A stretch of 64,000 nucleotides of DNA, taken from positions 107,072 to 171,071 of the forward strand of contig JAQWMB010000027.1 of the NCBI GenBank assembly GCA_029246995.1, written 5' to 3'. Positions within the stretch are counted from its first letter, which is position 1. Each line of letters opens with the position of its first letter. This DNA is from Dehalococcoidia bacterium (GTDB lineage Bacteria > Chloroflexota > Dehalococcoidia > UBA2979). The notes under the pieces were generated by a model, which worked only from the letters and a program-made list of their open reading frames with translations, made no database searches and had not been told where the DNA came from. The translations under genes were made by a program, and so were the position numbers. Shown here piece by piece: positions 1 to 8,913 of this stretch.

Positions 1-2
1 CC

Positions 3-1454
3 TTAGAGCGCTCTCAGAATGATGTTGATGAGCTTTGGCCTAAATTAATTAAAGCACAAGAAGATTACTGTCAAAGATTTCAAGATTGGGTAGCTGTTTG
101 TAACGTGGGTGATATTCCTCTAAGCGATGAAAAAATTAAAGGATTGCTTGATTCATTAACTTTGGCAATGGTCCCCCAAGGGAATCAGAGAACAAAGACA
201 GAAGCATTATTAACTGCTAATGCAAATTATGCTGATGCTGTAAATTCTGTTAGTTCTAATGAGGCGGCATATTTGTCTGTAAAAGAAGCAAATGAAAAAT
301 TAAAAAGTCCTTCTGCCTTGGAAGTTAAAAAGCTTACCGAAGCAGTAACAGCTGCGCAGGTTCGCTTAAATGAATATCTTGCGTCTCCTGAACAACTTGA
401 AATCGATAAGCTAAATGCATCATTGGATAGCGCTAAAGCTAATCTTGAGTATGCTTTAGCCAGGGAAGTAGAATTAACTGCCGGAGCACTTGCAAATGCA
501 ATCAATAGAAAAAAACAAGATATTCGTATTGCTCAATTGAATTTAACTGATGCACAAACTAATTTAGCAAATCATACATTAACAGCACCTTTTGATGGAA
601 TAGTTGGGTCGGTTAATGTGACTGTCGGGCAACGTATTGGTTCCAGCACTGCTGTTACTACATTAAGTGATCCAAGCTCAATTTATATTGAAATTCCTGC
701 ATCTGAATCAGATTTAAGCCAAATGCAAGTTAATAATCTTGGTTTTGCAGTTTTTGATGGTATGCCAGGTCAATTTTATATTGTTAAATTGAAAGCAATT
801 AGCGTTATACCAAATATATCCCAAGGTGTTATCACCTATCCTGCAGAGGGTGAAATTCTTATTGGTGAAAATCTATTACAAGAAGGCAGAAATTTAGTTG
901 TATTGCTAGATTCTCTCTCTAAAACAATTGGTTTAGACGCATCATCTATGATTAGGCCATCTGGGCCACCAAGTGGATTTGCTGGAGGCAATGACACTAG
1001 ACCAGAAGGCAGTCCTCCAATGGGTAGGCCATCTGGGCCACCAAGTGGTTTTGCTGGTGGGCCAGCGATGAGGTCTCAAGATTCGTCAATGACTGGCATG
1101 GGTTCTCTAATGATGCAGTTTGCAAATCCAAAATTACCTTTAGATGGTATGTCTGGAACATTGACCTTAGTTACTAATATTCAGGAAGATGTTCTACTCG
1201 TTCCAAATAATGCAATAAAGCGAGTTGGGAGAGAGAATACTGTTACCTTAAAAAATATTGATGGAATTACTGAACAAAGAGTTGTACAAACTGGCAATGA
1301 TGATGGTTCAAATATTGCAATTATGAGTGGCTTAGAAGAAGGCGAGATTATTTTGATTGAATCAAAAAAATCTATAAAGACAGATAAATCAGCGAATCCT
1401 ACTAATAGCAGGCCACCTGGCCCTCCGGGTAGTTTTAGTGGAGGTCCTAGATGA
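3..1454 (+). CDS. HlyD/MacA-type membrane-fusion (adaptor) protein, 5' end outside window
   Basis: Frame is open from the window edge (LERSQNDVDELWPKLIKAQEDY precedes the listed GTG at 105). Long coiled-coil N-half. Adaptor barrel motif LTAPFDGIVGSVNVTVGQRI. Stop overlaps the downstream ABC ATPase start (AGATGA at 1449-1454). Confidence 0.8.
   Translation, partial: LERSQNDVDELWPKLIKAQEDYCQRFQDWVAVCNVGDIPLSDEKIKGLLDSLTLAMVPQGNQRTKTEALLTANANYADAVNSVSSNEAAYLSVKEANEKLKSPSALEVKKLTEAVTAAQVRLNEYLASPEQLEIDKLNASLDSAKANLEYALAREVELTAGALANAINRKKQDIRIAQLNLTDAQTNLANHTLTAPFDGIVGSVNVTVGQRIGSSTAVTTLSDPSSIYIEIPASESDLSQMQVNNLGFAVFDGMPGQFYIVKLKAISVIPNISQGVITYPAEGEILIGENLLQEGRNLVVLLDSLSKTIGLDASSMIRPSGPPSGFAGGNDTRPEGSPPMGRPSGPPSGFAGGPAMRSQDSSMTGMGSLMMQFANPKLPLDGMSGTLTLVTNIQEDVLLVPNNAIKRVGRENTVTLKNIDGITEQRVVQTGNDDGSNIAIMSGLEEGEIILIESKKSIKTDKSANPTNSRPPGPPGSFSGGPR
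953..1059 (+). repeat. In-frame 72-nt tandem duplication encoding RPSGPPSGFAGG (two copies); related third motif RPPGPPGSFSGGPR at 1410-1451
   Basis: taggccatctgggccaccaagtgg occurs at 953 and again at 1025 (offset 72 nt = 24 codons). Both copies are followed by t/a-tttgctgg-a/t-gg. Confidence 0.85.
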
Positions 1455-2134
1455 TTGAGTTAAGTAAAATTTCTAAAGATTATTATACTGAAGCTGGCAC
1501 TGTGCATGCTTTAAGAAATATTGATGTGAAAATACAATCTGGAGAATTTGTTGCCATTATGGGTCAGTCTGGTTCAGGTAAATCGACAATGTTAAATATA
1601 TTGGGTTGCCTAGACCAACCAACTGCAGGTCAGTATTCTTTAGATGGTATTAATGTAGGAGATAAGGATGATACATATCGTTCTATCTTACGTAGGGAGA
1701 AATTTGGTTTTGTCTTTCAATCATACAATCTTGTTCCTAGGCTATCAGCAGTGGAACAAGTGGAATTACCATTAATTTATCAAGGTGCAAATAATAAGAG
1801 AGAAGTTGCACTTGAGGCGTTAGCTCGTTTGAACTTAGATGATAGAGCTCATCATTTCCCTCAACAATTATCTGGTGGCCAACAACAACGCGTTGCAATT
1901 GCACGTTCATTAGTTGTTCAACCACAAGTTGTTTTTGCAGATGAACCTACTGGTGCTTTGGACACGCAAAGTGGGCAAGAAATTATGAAAATATTTTCTG
2001 ATCTATCGAAAGAAGGAATTACAATTGTATTAATTACGCATGAACAACATATTGCTGATCAATCTAGTCGGATTCTAGAGATGAGTGATGGGCTGGTGGT
2101 ATCTGATACTCTGCGAGCAAGGGATCCACTGTGA
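1451..2134 (+). CDS. ABC transporter ATP-binding protein, MacB/LolD-like
   Basis: Walker A GQSGSGKST, ABC signature LSGGQQQRVAIARSL, Walker B VVFADEPTGALD, H-loop ITHE. Translationally coupled on both sides. Confidence 0.93.
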   Translation: MIELSKISKDYYTEAGTVHALRNIDVKIQSGEFVAIMGQSGSGKSTMLNILGCLDQPTAGQYSLDGINVGDKDDTYRSILRREKFGFVFQSYNLVPRLSAVEQVELPLIYQGANNKREVALEALARLNLDDRAHHFPQQLSGGQQQRVAIARSLVVQPQVVFADEPTGALDTQSGQEIMKIFSDLSKEGITIVLITHEQHIADQSSRILEMSDGLVVSDTLRARDPL

Positions 2135-3384
2135 CTATTATTGATGCAATCAAGATAGCTTTTCGATCTATTTATGCAAATAGATTAAGAAGTATTTTAA
2201 CTGCCCTAGGCATGATTATCGGCGTTGCTTCTGTGATTGCCTTAATTGCTATTGGTCAGGGCACACAACAAGGTGTCAAGCAAGAAATTATGGGCTTAGG
2301 TGCTAATCTTGTTTTTATACAACCAGGTTCTTCTACAGATCAATCTACAGGTAGCAAAGGAGGCAGGGGCTCATCAACTACTCTAGTGTTGAGCGATGTT
2401 GATGCTATCATGGACGCAGAAATTGAGGGCCTATATGGCGCATCTGGTCAGATTAACTTTCCAGCACAGGCTATTGGTGGTGGAAATAATGACCGAGTAG
2501 ACGTTGTGGCAGTAGATGCAGAATATGCATATGTGCGTGATTTAAATATAGAATATGGATCGTTTATTTCAGATAATGATATTGCTAGAAAATCTATGAA
2601 CATTGTCCTTGGACATGCAATAGCTGATTCTTTATTTCCTGTCGGAGACCCAATTGGCGAAAGTGTGCGCATTAATCTTGGAGGTAAATTCGGTTTTAAT
2701 TTTCGTGTTATAGGAGTGTTAGCTGAATCAGGCGGTCAAACTGTTCAGGATACTGCTGTATATATTCCTATACCATCGCTTATGAATCGACTTAGATTTT
2801 TAAAGAATCCTACTGGGGGCACGACTATCCAACAAATTAGTATCAAGATTGATGAAAATGCAGACGAACAAGTTATTAAATCGGAATTGGAAGATGTACT
2901 ACTCATAAAACACGATGTTATAGAGCCAGATTTTATTATTAATAGTCAAAATGATTTAGTTAATGCTGCAAGTGCTGTAAGTAAGACCTTATCTATTTTA
3001 TTAGGTAGCATTGCTGGTATTTCTCTTATTGTAGGGGGCATTGGGGTTATGAATATTATGCTCGTAAGTGTGACAGAAAGAACTCGAGAAATTGGTATTA
3101 GAAGGGCAGTTGGTGCGCTTAGTAAAGACATTAGACTACAATTTATTTCAGAGGCCCTTGTGGTCACTATTGGTGCAGGAATAATAGGAGTAATTGTTGG
3201 AATAGCTATAGCAGTGATTGTGAATGGCAGAATGATTGCTGGGCAACAGATGGCAACAGTAATCGAGTTATGGAGCGTATTAGTAGCCTTTGGTGTGTCA
3301 TCCATTGTAGGACTTATCAGTGGTAGCTACCCTGCTCACAGAGCAAGCAAGTTGGACCCTATCGTTGCTCTACGAACAGATTAA
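2131..3384 (+). CDS. ABC transporter permease, MacB/FtsX-type
   Basis: N-terminal TM helix, roughly 250-aa extracytoplasmic domain, C-terminal three-TM FtsX-like region. GTGA overlap with the ATPase gene. Confidence 0.88.
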   Translation: MTIIDAIKIAFRSIYANRLRSILTALGMIIGVASVIALIAIGQGTQQGVKQEIMGLGANLVFIQPGSSTDQSTGSKGGRGSSTTLVLSDVDAIMDAEIEGLYGASGQINFPAQAIGGGNNDRVDVVAVDAEYAYVRDLNIEYGSFISDNDIARKSMNIVLGHAIADSLFPVGDPIGESVRINLGGKFGFNFRVIGVLAESGGQTVQDTAVYIPIPSLMNRLRFLKNPTGGTTIQQISIKIDENADEQVIKSELEDVLLIKHDVIEPDFIINSQNDLVNAASAVSKTLSILLGSIAGISLIVGGIGVMNIMLVSVTERTREIGIRRAVGALSKDIRLQFISEALVVTIGAGIIGVIVGIAIAVIVNGRMIAGQQMATVIELWSVLVAFGVSSIVGLISGSYPAHRASKLDPIVALRTD

Positions 3385-3489
3385 ATATAGATATAATATA
3401 TATCAATAGCATTCATGTGAAAAACTTTTCGATTTATCTCTCTTAATAAATATCTATGTTATCCTTTTGCATGAACAAAAAGGAGAACA

Positions 3490-4290
3490 ATGAATAAAAA
3501 GAAAAGTCTAATATTACTTACTATAATTGTCCCAGTTTTTGCAATACTAGCCGGTCTTGTGACATATTTTTTTGTTTTAAGATCTGACACGCCAGCACCA
3601 GTTAGCATAGACAATGCTATACAACAATCAAAGGATATTACGAGTAGCATTGTTGTAAAAGAATCTGTTTTGCCTGATGAAGGAAAGAAAAGTCAATCTG
3701 GCAATATTAATGAAAAAAACTCTAAAGCAACACTAACAAAGACAGATTCTAGTAATTCTTTAGTCGGTACATGGGTTATTGATAATGATGTTGAATCCTT
3801 TGTTGGATATCGAGTTAAAGAGGAGTTAGTAAGTGTTGGGACATTCACTGCTGTTGGTAGAACAAGCCTTGTTGAAGGTAGTTTAAATTTCACTGGTACT
3901 AATATTAATTCTGTTACTATTAAAGCAGATTTAAGAGGATTGAAAAGTGATAATCGATATCGCGATCAAGCTTTGTCTAGACAAGCAATTGAATCTGCAA
4001 AATTCCCTTATGCAGAATTTATTTTATTAGATCCTATTTTAATTCAAACTGTACCATCCGAAAACCAAATTGTAGATATAAATGCAAGAGGAACCTTAAC
4101 GTTACACGGTGTAACTAATTATGTTGAGATAGCTCTAACTGGTAAATTATCTTCTAATAAATTATTTATTATTGGTACTTTGCCAATAATATTTATTGAC
4201 TATGATATTGCTAAGCCGAGCAGCAGAAGCGTATTATCCATTGAGGACAATGGTATTATGGAATTGTCTTTAATATTTATTAAAAATTAA
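3490..4290 (+). CDS. Membrane-anchored YceI-like (polyisoprenoid-binding) domain protein
   Basis: GGAG Shine-Dalgarno site 4 nt upstream. N-terminal TM helix. YceI-type pattern WVIDNDVESFVGYRV...RGLKSDNRYRDQAL...FPYAEF...GTLTLHGVTNYVEI. Confidence 0.75.
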   Translation: MNKKKSLILLTIIVPVFAILAGLVTYFFVLRSDTPAPVSIDNAIQQSKDITSSIVVKESVLPDEGKKSQSGNINEKNSKATLTKTDSSNSLVGTWVIDNDVESFVGYRVKEELVSVGTFTAVGRTSLVEGSLNFTGTNINSVTIKADLRGLKSDNRYRDQALSRQAIESAKFPYAEFILLDPILIQTVPSENQIVDINARGTLTLHGVTNYVEIALTGKLSSNKLFIIGTLPIIFIDYDIAKPSSRSVLSIEDNGIMELSLIFIKN

Positions 4291-4321
4291 CTTTTTAATT
4301 AATTCAAGCTAGGTTTGAAAA

Positions 4322-4666
4322 ATGAGAATTTTTTTAAGAGGCAAGATACACCGCGCGACAGTTACCGAGGCCAATATGGATTATGATGGTTCAGTCACCA
4401 TTGATTCAACATTAATGCTAGCTGCTGGTATTGCTGAATGGGAAAAAGTTGCTATTTATGATGTAACAAATGGAGCACGTATAGAAACATATGCAATTTC
4501 TTCAACTGCAGATAGCGGTAAGATATGCATTAATGGTGCTGCTGCGCATTTAATTAAACCAAATGATATAGTAATTATTCTTACTTATGAATATTTGAAA
4601 AATAATGAGATTGATAATCTTTCTCCAAAAATTGTCCATGTCGATCAATATAATAAAATCATATAA
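4322..4666 (+). CDS. panD: Aspartate 1-decarboxylase (pyruvoyl proenzyme)
   Basis: MRIFLRGKIHRATVTEANMDYDGSVTID with the Gly-Ser self-cleavage site; typical length of 114 aa. Confidence 0.93.
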   Translation: MRIFLRGKIHRATVTEANMDYDGSVTIDSTLMLAAGIAEWEKVAIYDVTNGARIETYAISSTADSGKICINGAAAHLIKPNDIVIILTYEYLKNNEIDNLSPKIVHVDQYNKII

Positions 4667-4698
4667 GTAGAATAATTTTATTATTGACAGGAGGAATA

Positions 4699-5385
4699 AT
4701 GGATTTTGCAAATGAATTAATGATCAAAGGACTAATTGTTGGTGTTTTTCAAGAAAATTGTTGGATTATTGGTAATAAAAAAACTGGGGAAGCTATTTGC
4801 ATTGATCCTGGTGATGAACCACAAAAAATTTTAGAACTTGCTAAAGACATGAATGTAAAAATTAAATATATAGTTAATTCACATGCACACGTAGATCATA
4901 TTATGGGAGTATCAGGTATTTTTGAAAAAACTGGTTCAGACTTTCTTCTAAATAAAAATGATTTATTATTATTAAAAAATGGATGGATGGATTCTGCAGA
5001 ACGTCTAGGTATTGGAATTGAGCAAGCTCCTCCTGACCCCACTGGTTTTGTTAACGAAGGCGATAAAGTGTCAGTAAGCGGATTAAGCTTGCAAGTGATC
5101 GAAACTCCTGGTCATACGCCCGGTAGTGTGAGTTATTATTGCGAGGATGCCAAGATATTGTTTAGCGGGGACACTTTATTTAAAGCTTCTATTGGTAGAA
5201 CTGATTTTCCTGGTGGAGATTACTCACAGGAAATGACAAGTATTTGTAATAAGTTGTTACAATTACCAGATGAAACTATTGTTTTACCAGGCCATATGGA
5301 AGAAACATCAATTAAATTCGAAAAAGAACACAATCCTTTTGTACAACAATGGCTATCAAGTAAAGATAAGGTAGAGGAGTTATAA
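4699..5385 (+). CDS. MBL-fold metallo-hydrolase (glyoxalase II-like)
   Basis: HAHVDH metal motif, TPGHTPGS, GDTLF. AGGAGG Shine-Dalgarno site precedes the ATG at 4699, so the listed TTG at 4684 is probably not the start. Confidence 0.85.
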   Translation: MDFANELMIKGLIVGVFQENCWIIGNKKTGEAICIDPGDEPQKILELAKDMNVKIKYIVNSHAHVDHIMGVSGIFEKTGSDFLLNKNDLLLLKNGWMDSAERLGIGIEQAPPDPTGFVNEGDKVSVSGLSLQVIETPGHTPGSVSYYCEDAKILFSGDTLFKASIGRTDFPGGDYSQEMTSICNKLLQLPDETIVLPGHMEETSIKFEKEHNPFVQQWLSSKDKVEEL

Positions 5386-6563
5386 TGGAGTTTTCTTGGT
5401 CCGCAGAAGATGATGATTTTAGACTAGAAGTCAAGACATTTCTCAATGAGCACTGGGATGCATCAAAGCTTCCTGAAGGTCCGAATGTTGATAATGATGC
5501 AGCTAAGAATTATGTCCGTGAATTTAAAAAGAAATTGGCTGAAAAGGGCTGGCTGACAATGTCCTGGCCAGAAGAATATGGTGGTCAGGGCGCTTCATAT
5601 ATTCGACAAATGATTTTTCGTGAAGAAGGAGCTATTGTTGATGCGCCTGTTGGTGGAGGCGGTGAACAAATTTTAGCACCTGCAATTATGTTGAATGGTA
5701 CTGAAGAACAAAAGAAGGAATATCTAGTACCTATGACAACTGGGGATGTTCTATGGTCTCAAGGTTATTCAGAACCAGGTGCCGGCTCTGATCTTGCTTC
5801 ATTACAAACTCGCGCAGTTAAAGATGGAGATGAGTATGTAATTAATGGTCAAAAAGTTTGGAATGGAGCTCATAGAGGCGATATGATTCATACTCTTGTT
5901 AGAACAGACCCTGATGCACCAAAGCATCGTGGTATAAGCTATATGATGATTGATTTAGCTGATAAAGGAGTAACTATTAATCCTTTATGGCATATGAATG
6001 GATTAGGTAGATTTAATGAAGTTTTCTTCGATAATGTTAGAGTGCCTATATCAAGTAGAGTTGGCGAAGAGAATCGTGGATGGTACATAGCTGTTACTTC
6101 ACTAGATTTTGAACGTTCAGGCATTCACCTCATCATTGGTATTCAAGGAGTTTATGAAAAGTTGCTAAGTTTTTTACGTTCTGATGATGCAAAAAAAATT
6201 GGCGTAGATGATAAAAGATTAAAGAAGATTTATAGAAAACTTACAGATACTACAATTGAGTTAGAAGTAGCTCGTTTACTTAGTTATCGTATAACTTCAA
6301 TGCAATCAGCAGGATTAGTGCCTAATTATGAGTCATCAATGGCTAAATGTCTTGGATCAGAATTAGGTCAGTTTCATGCTAGAAGAGCTATTAACTCTTT
6401 AGGGTTACATGGTCAGTTATTAAAAGAATCAAAATACAGTGTTTTAAATGGAGATGTGCCAAATAGTTATATGTATACGGTTTCTAGGACTATTGCTGGA
6501 GGCACGAGTGAAATTCAAAGAAATATTATTGCAACTCGTGGTTTAGGATTACCTAGGTCTTAA
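5385..6563 (+). CDS. Acyl-CoA dehydrogenase family protein
   Basis: YSEPGAGSDLASLQT, KVWNG, C-terminal IAGGTSEIQRNIIA (catalytic Glu region). Confidence 0.9.
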   Translation: MEFSWSAEDDDFRLEVKTFLNEHWDASKLPEGPNVDNDAAKNYVREFKKKLAEKGWLTMSWPEEYGGQGASYIRQMIFREEGAIVDAPVGGGGEQILAPAIMLNGTEEQKKEYLVPMTTGDVLWSQGYSEPGAGSDLASLQTRAVKDGDEYVINGQKVWNGAHRGDMIHTLVRTDPDAPKHRGISYMMIDLADKGVTINPLWHMNGLGRFNEVFFDNVRVPISSRVGEENRGWYIAVTSLDFERSGIHLIIGIQGVYEKLLSFLRSDDAKKIGVDDKRLKKIYRKLTDTTIELEVARLLSYRITSMQSAGLVPNYESSMAKCLGSELGQFHARRAINSLGLHGQLLKESKYSVLNGDVPNSYMYTVSRTIAGGTSEIQRNIIATRGLGLPRS

Positions 6564-6567
6564 GATT

Positions 6568-7047
6568 TTATTTTGATAATGCTTTATGCGTAATCCAGCT
6601 CCTGTATTTAAATAATGTTTTTAAAGCTGGTTTAGAAAAGAATATTTTTGATCTAATGCCCATTAAACCATCAAAATGCTCATACCATATTTTATCTTCT
6701 ATGATAGATTGATGATCGTTGATTGCAATAATTTCATGACGATGCACCCAATATTTCATTGGTCCATCTATTTGAATATCAGTGAAGCCTTTTTTTCTGT
6801 CGACATTAAAATGCTGAGCCTGCCATGTAATTGGGAATGGGCCTAGCCATATTTGCATTATTACTAGTGATTTTTCCCCAAGAGGTTCATTTTTAATTAA
6901 TTTAAGTGGAGTAATGGGTATAGTAAGTTTTTTAATTACATCTTTACTAAAGTAGAAATCCATAATTTTATTGACAGAAGCGTCTATATTATCTTTTTGA
7001 ATAAATGAAGGAGGTGTATCTTTGATGTTGTCAAATTCTTTTTGCAT
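6568..7047 (-). CDS. SRPBCC-fold ligand-binding protein (COG4276-like)
   Basis: FTDIQIDGPMKYWVHRHEI resembles the F-x-D-x-Q-x-x-GPF-x-x-W-x-H-x-H signature of this family. Confidence 0.55.
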   Translation of the reverse strand: MQKEFDNIKDTPPSFIQKDNIDASVNKIMDFYFSKDVIKKLTIPITPLKLIKNEPLGEKSLVIMQIWLGPFPITWQAQHFNVDRKKGFTDIQIDGPMKYWVHRHEIIAINDHQSIIEDKIWYEHFDGLMGIRSKIFFSKPALKTLFKYRSWITHKALSK

Positions 7048-7128
7048 AATGTTTGCTTGAATTTTATATAAAATCTAATGCAAGTGCTACAATTACGATA
7101 ATTATTTTTAACATAGCTTGGATTTAAT

Positions 7129-7704
7129 TTGTTTTTTGATTTTGGATTCTTTGAACAACATATTGGATATTTGATTTTTTTTGCTAGAGTTACAGACGTT
7201 TCTTTAGGTACGGTAAGGAATTTGTATGTAAATGCTGGTTTAAAAACTAGTGCAGCCGTTGCTGGATTCTTCCAGATGATAGTTTGGGTATTTGCAGTTG
7301 CAGGATTGATTAATGATTTAAATGATCTTAGTAGAATCATTTTATATGCAGCAGGTTTTTCCACAGGCACTATTGTAGGAATGTGGATTGAAGAAAAAAT
7401 TGCACTTGGTTTCAGGCAAGTTACTATAATGAACCATAATGATGAAATTTTTCTTGCTGAATCTTTACGTTCTAATGGATATAATGTTACCCAGATGCCA
7501 GCTAAAGGTTTTTCTAATAACGTTGAAGTCATTATTGCAGTTTTACAAAGGAAAGAAATGCAAAAGTTTTCTCATTTAGTTGATGAACTTGCACCAGATG
7601 CTTTTTATTCAGTTGAAAAAGTTGGAACGCCTCATAGTCGTCATAAAAATAGAAGTGCGGTATTACGATTAATTGATCCTTTTAAAAAAATTAAATGGCA
7701 TTAG
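7129..7704 (+). CDS. UPF0316/DUF2179 family membrane protein (YebE-like)
   Basis: Three N-terminal TM helices plus a C-terminal soluble domain. SLGTVRNLYVNAGLKTSAAV...GFSTGTIVGMWIEEKIALG resembles Bacillus YebE. Start codon uncertain. Confidence 0.65.
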   Translation: MFFDFGFFEQHIGYLIFFARVTDVSLGTVRNLYVNAGLKTSAAVAGFFQMIVWVFAVAGLINDLNDLSRIILYAAGFSTGTIVGMWIEEKIALGFRQVTIMNHNDEIFLAESLRSNGYNVTQMPAKGFSNNVEVIIAVLQRKEMQKFSHLVDELAPDAFYSVEKVGTPHSRHKNRSAVLRLIDPFKKIKWH

Positions 7705-8786
7705 CTTATGTTGAATTCTTTAATAAATTCATTTAAAGTTTTGACCCCTGTAGCGTAACCCATTCCTTCAATTGATGAACCAACTTTCTTTTTTGTAATG
7801 ACGCCAATTACTGTTCCACATTCATCAAACAATGGTCCACCGCTATTACCTGGATTTAATGCTGCGTCTGTTTGTATTTGTTGAATTGTATCATCAACAA
7901 AGATTCTCGATAAAGACCCTTTAGTAATCGATCCTTCTGTATTTACAGAAATAGGAAAGCCTGCTGCTCCAATTGTTGTTCCAGCTTTATTGTCATCAAG
8001 GTTGGCTGCTAAGGGGAGCTTTTGTGCAATATCTTTTGTAGACTGAATTAATGTAAGGTCCGATTTTGCATTCTTTTTTATAACATTAGCACCAATAGTG
8101 CTTCCGTCTTGATAATTTATGATAATACCATTGGCACCACGTACAACATGTTCAGCAGAAATAATATATCCATTACCTATATGAAAGCCTGTGCCTGAGC
8201 TCGAACCATTTTTAATTTTTACAATTCCTTTGAGCACTTCTTGAGCAGAAGTAGCAAATTCACATTTTAGATTATTAAGTGTATTAGCTGACGCTACTGA
8301 TTCTTGAGCATTTATACTACTCTTTGAAGCATCTGCTGCACTAGATTTAGCAATTTTTGAGCTTTCAATTGCTTGTTGTGCAGCATCGGTTGCTTCTGAT
8401 GATTGCTTTTCAATTTCAATAGATTGTTGATTAATTTGTTCAGATAGTTTCACTATTTTTGCAAGAAGCGGACCAATCTCTTCTATTTTTTTATTTAATT
8501 CTTCTAATAATACTTTTGACGACAATGCATTCATTTGAGATAAATCTGCACTTGTGATAGCTGCCTCTGCACTTAAATTAGCTTTTGAAGCAGCATCTAT
8601 TGCATACTTACTGTTGCTTGCAACTTCTTCTAGCTTTGTATTCAAAATTGAATCAATTTCGTTGACAATATTTTGATATTCTATTTTTAGTAATTCTGCT
8701 TGTGATAACTTGTCTTCTGAACTGAAATAACTACAAGAGTTTAAAATTACAATAATCGAAATACAAAAAGGTAATATTTTTTTCAT
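7701..8786 (-). CDS. Lipoprotein with long Ala/Ser/Gln-rich coiled coil and C-terminal trypsin-like (S1) serine protease domain
   Basis: Lipobox ILNSC. Catalytic triad contexts SAEHVV, SDLTLIQ and NPGNSGGPLF. Confidence 0.8.
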   Translation of the reverse strand: MKKILPFCISIIVILNSCSYFSSEDKLSQAELLKIEYQNIVNEIDSILNTKLEEVASNSKYAIDAASKANLSAEAAITSADLSQMNALSSKVLLEELNKKIEEIGPLLAKIVKLSEQINQQSIEIEKQSSEATDAAQQAIESSKIAKSSAADASKSSINAQESVASANTLNNLKCEFATSAQEVLKGIVKIKNGSSSGTGFHIGNGYIISAEHVVRGANGIIINYQDGSTIGANVIKKNAKSDLTLIQSTKDIAQKLPLAANLDDNKAGTTIGAAGFPISVNTEGSITKGSLSRIFVDDTIQQIQTDAALNPGNSGGPLFDECGTVIGVITKKKVGSSIEGMGYATGVKTLNEFIKEFNIS

Positions 8787-8913
8787 TGCTCTTAACCTGC
8801 CAGATAAAATAAATTATTTTTTCTACTTAATAAGCTAATTGATTTTTTTAATAAAAAAATCAATAAAAAATAAAAAAAAGATAAATTTTGATAAATAAGA
8901 AAAATCTCTATCT

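Noticed and set aside
6984-7532. 182-aa ORF on the minus strand overlapping the UPF0316 gene, and similar long antisense ORFs (2946-3305, 34616-34942, 43915-44247, 46490-47091, 30901-31215).
   Set aside because: Each lies antisense to a gene with clear family motifs. Their translations are low-complexity or mirror-hydrophobic with no motifs and no Shine-Dalgarno sites. They are shadow ORFs of real genes.
8787-8913. A-tract-rich repetitive spacer (aataaaaaaatcaataaaaaataaaaaaaag...) as a possible CRISPR or other repeat array.
   Set aside because: There are no regularly spaced direct repeats of 24 nt or more. It is simple poly-A/T low complexity, typical of a divergent promoter region in an AT-rich genome.
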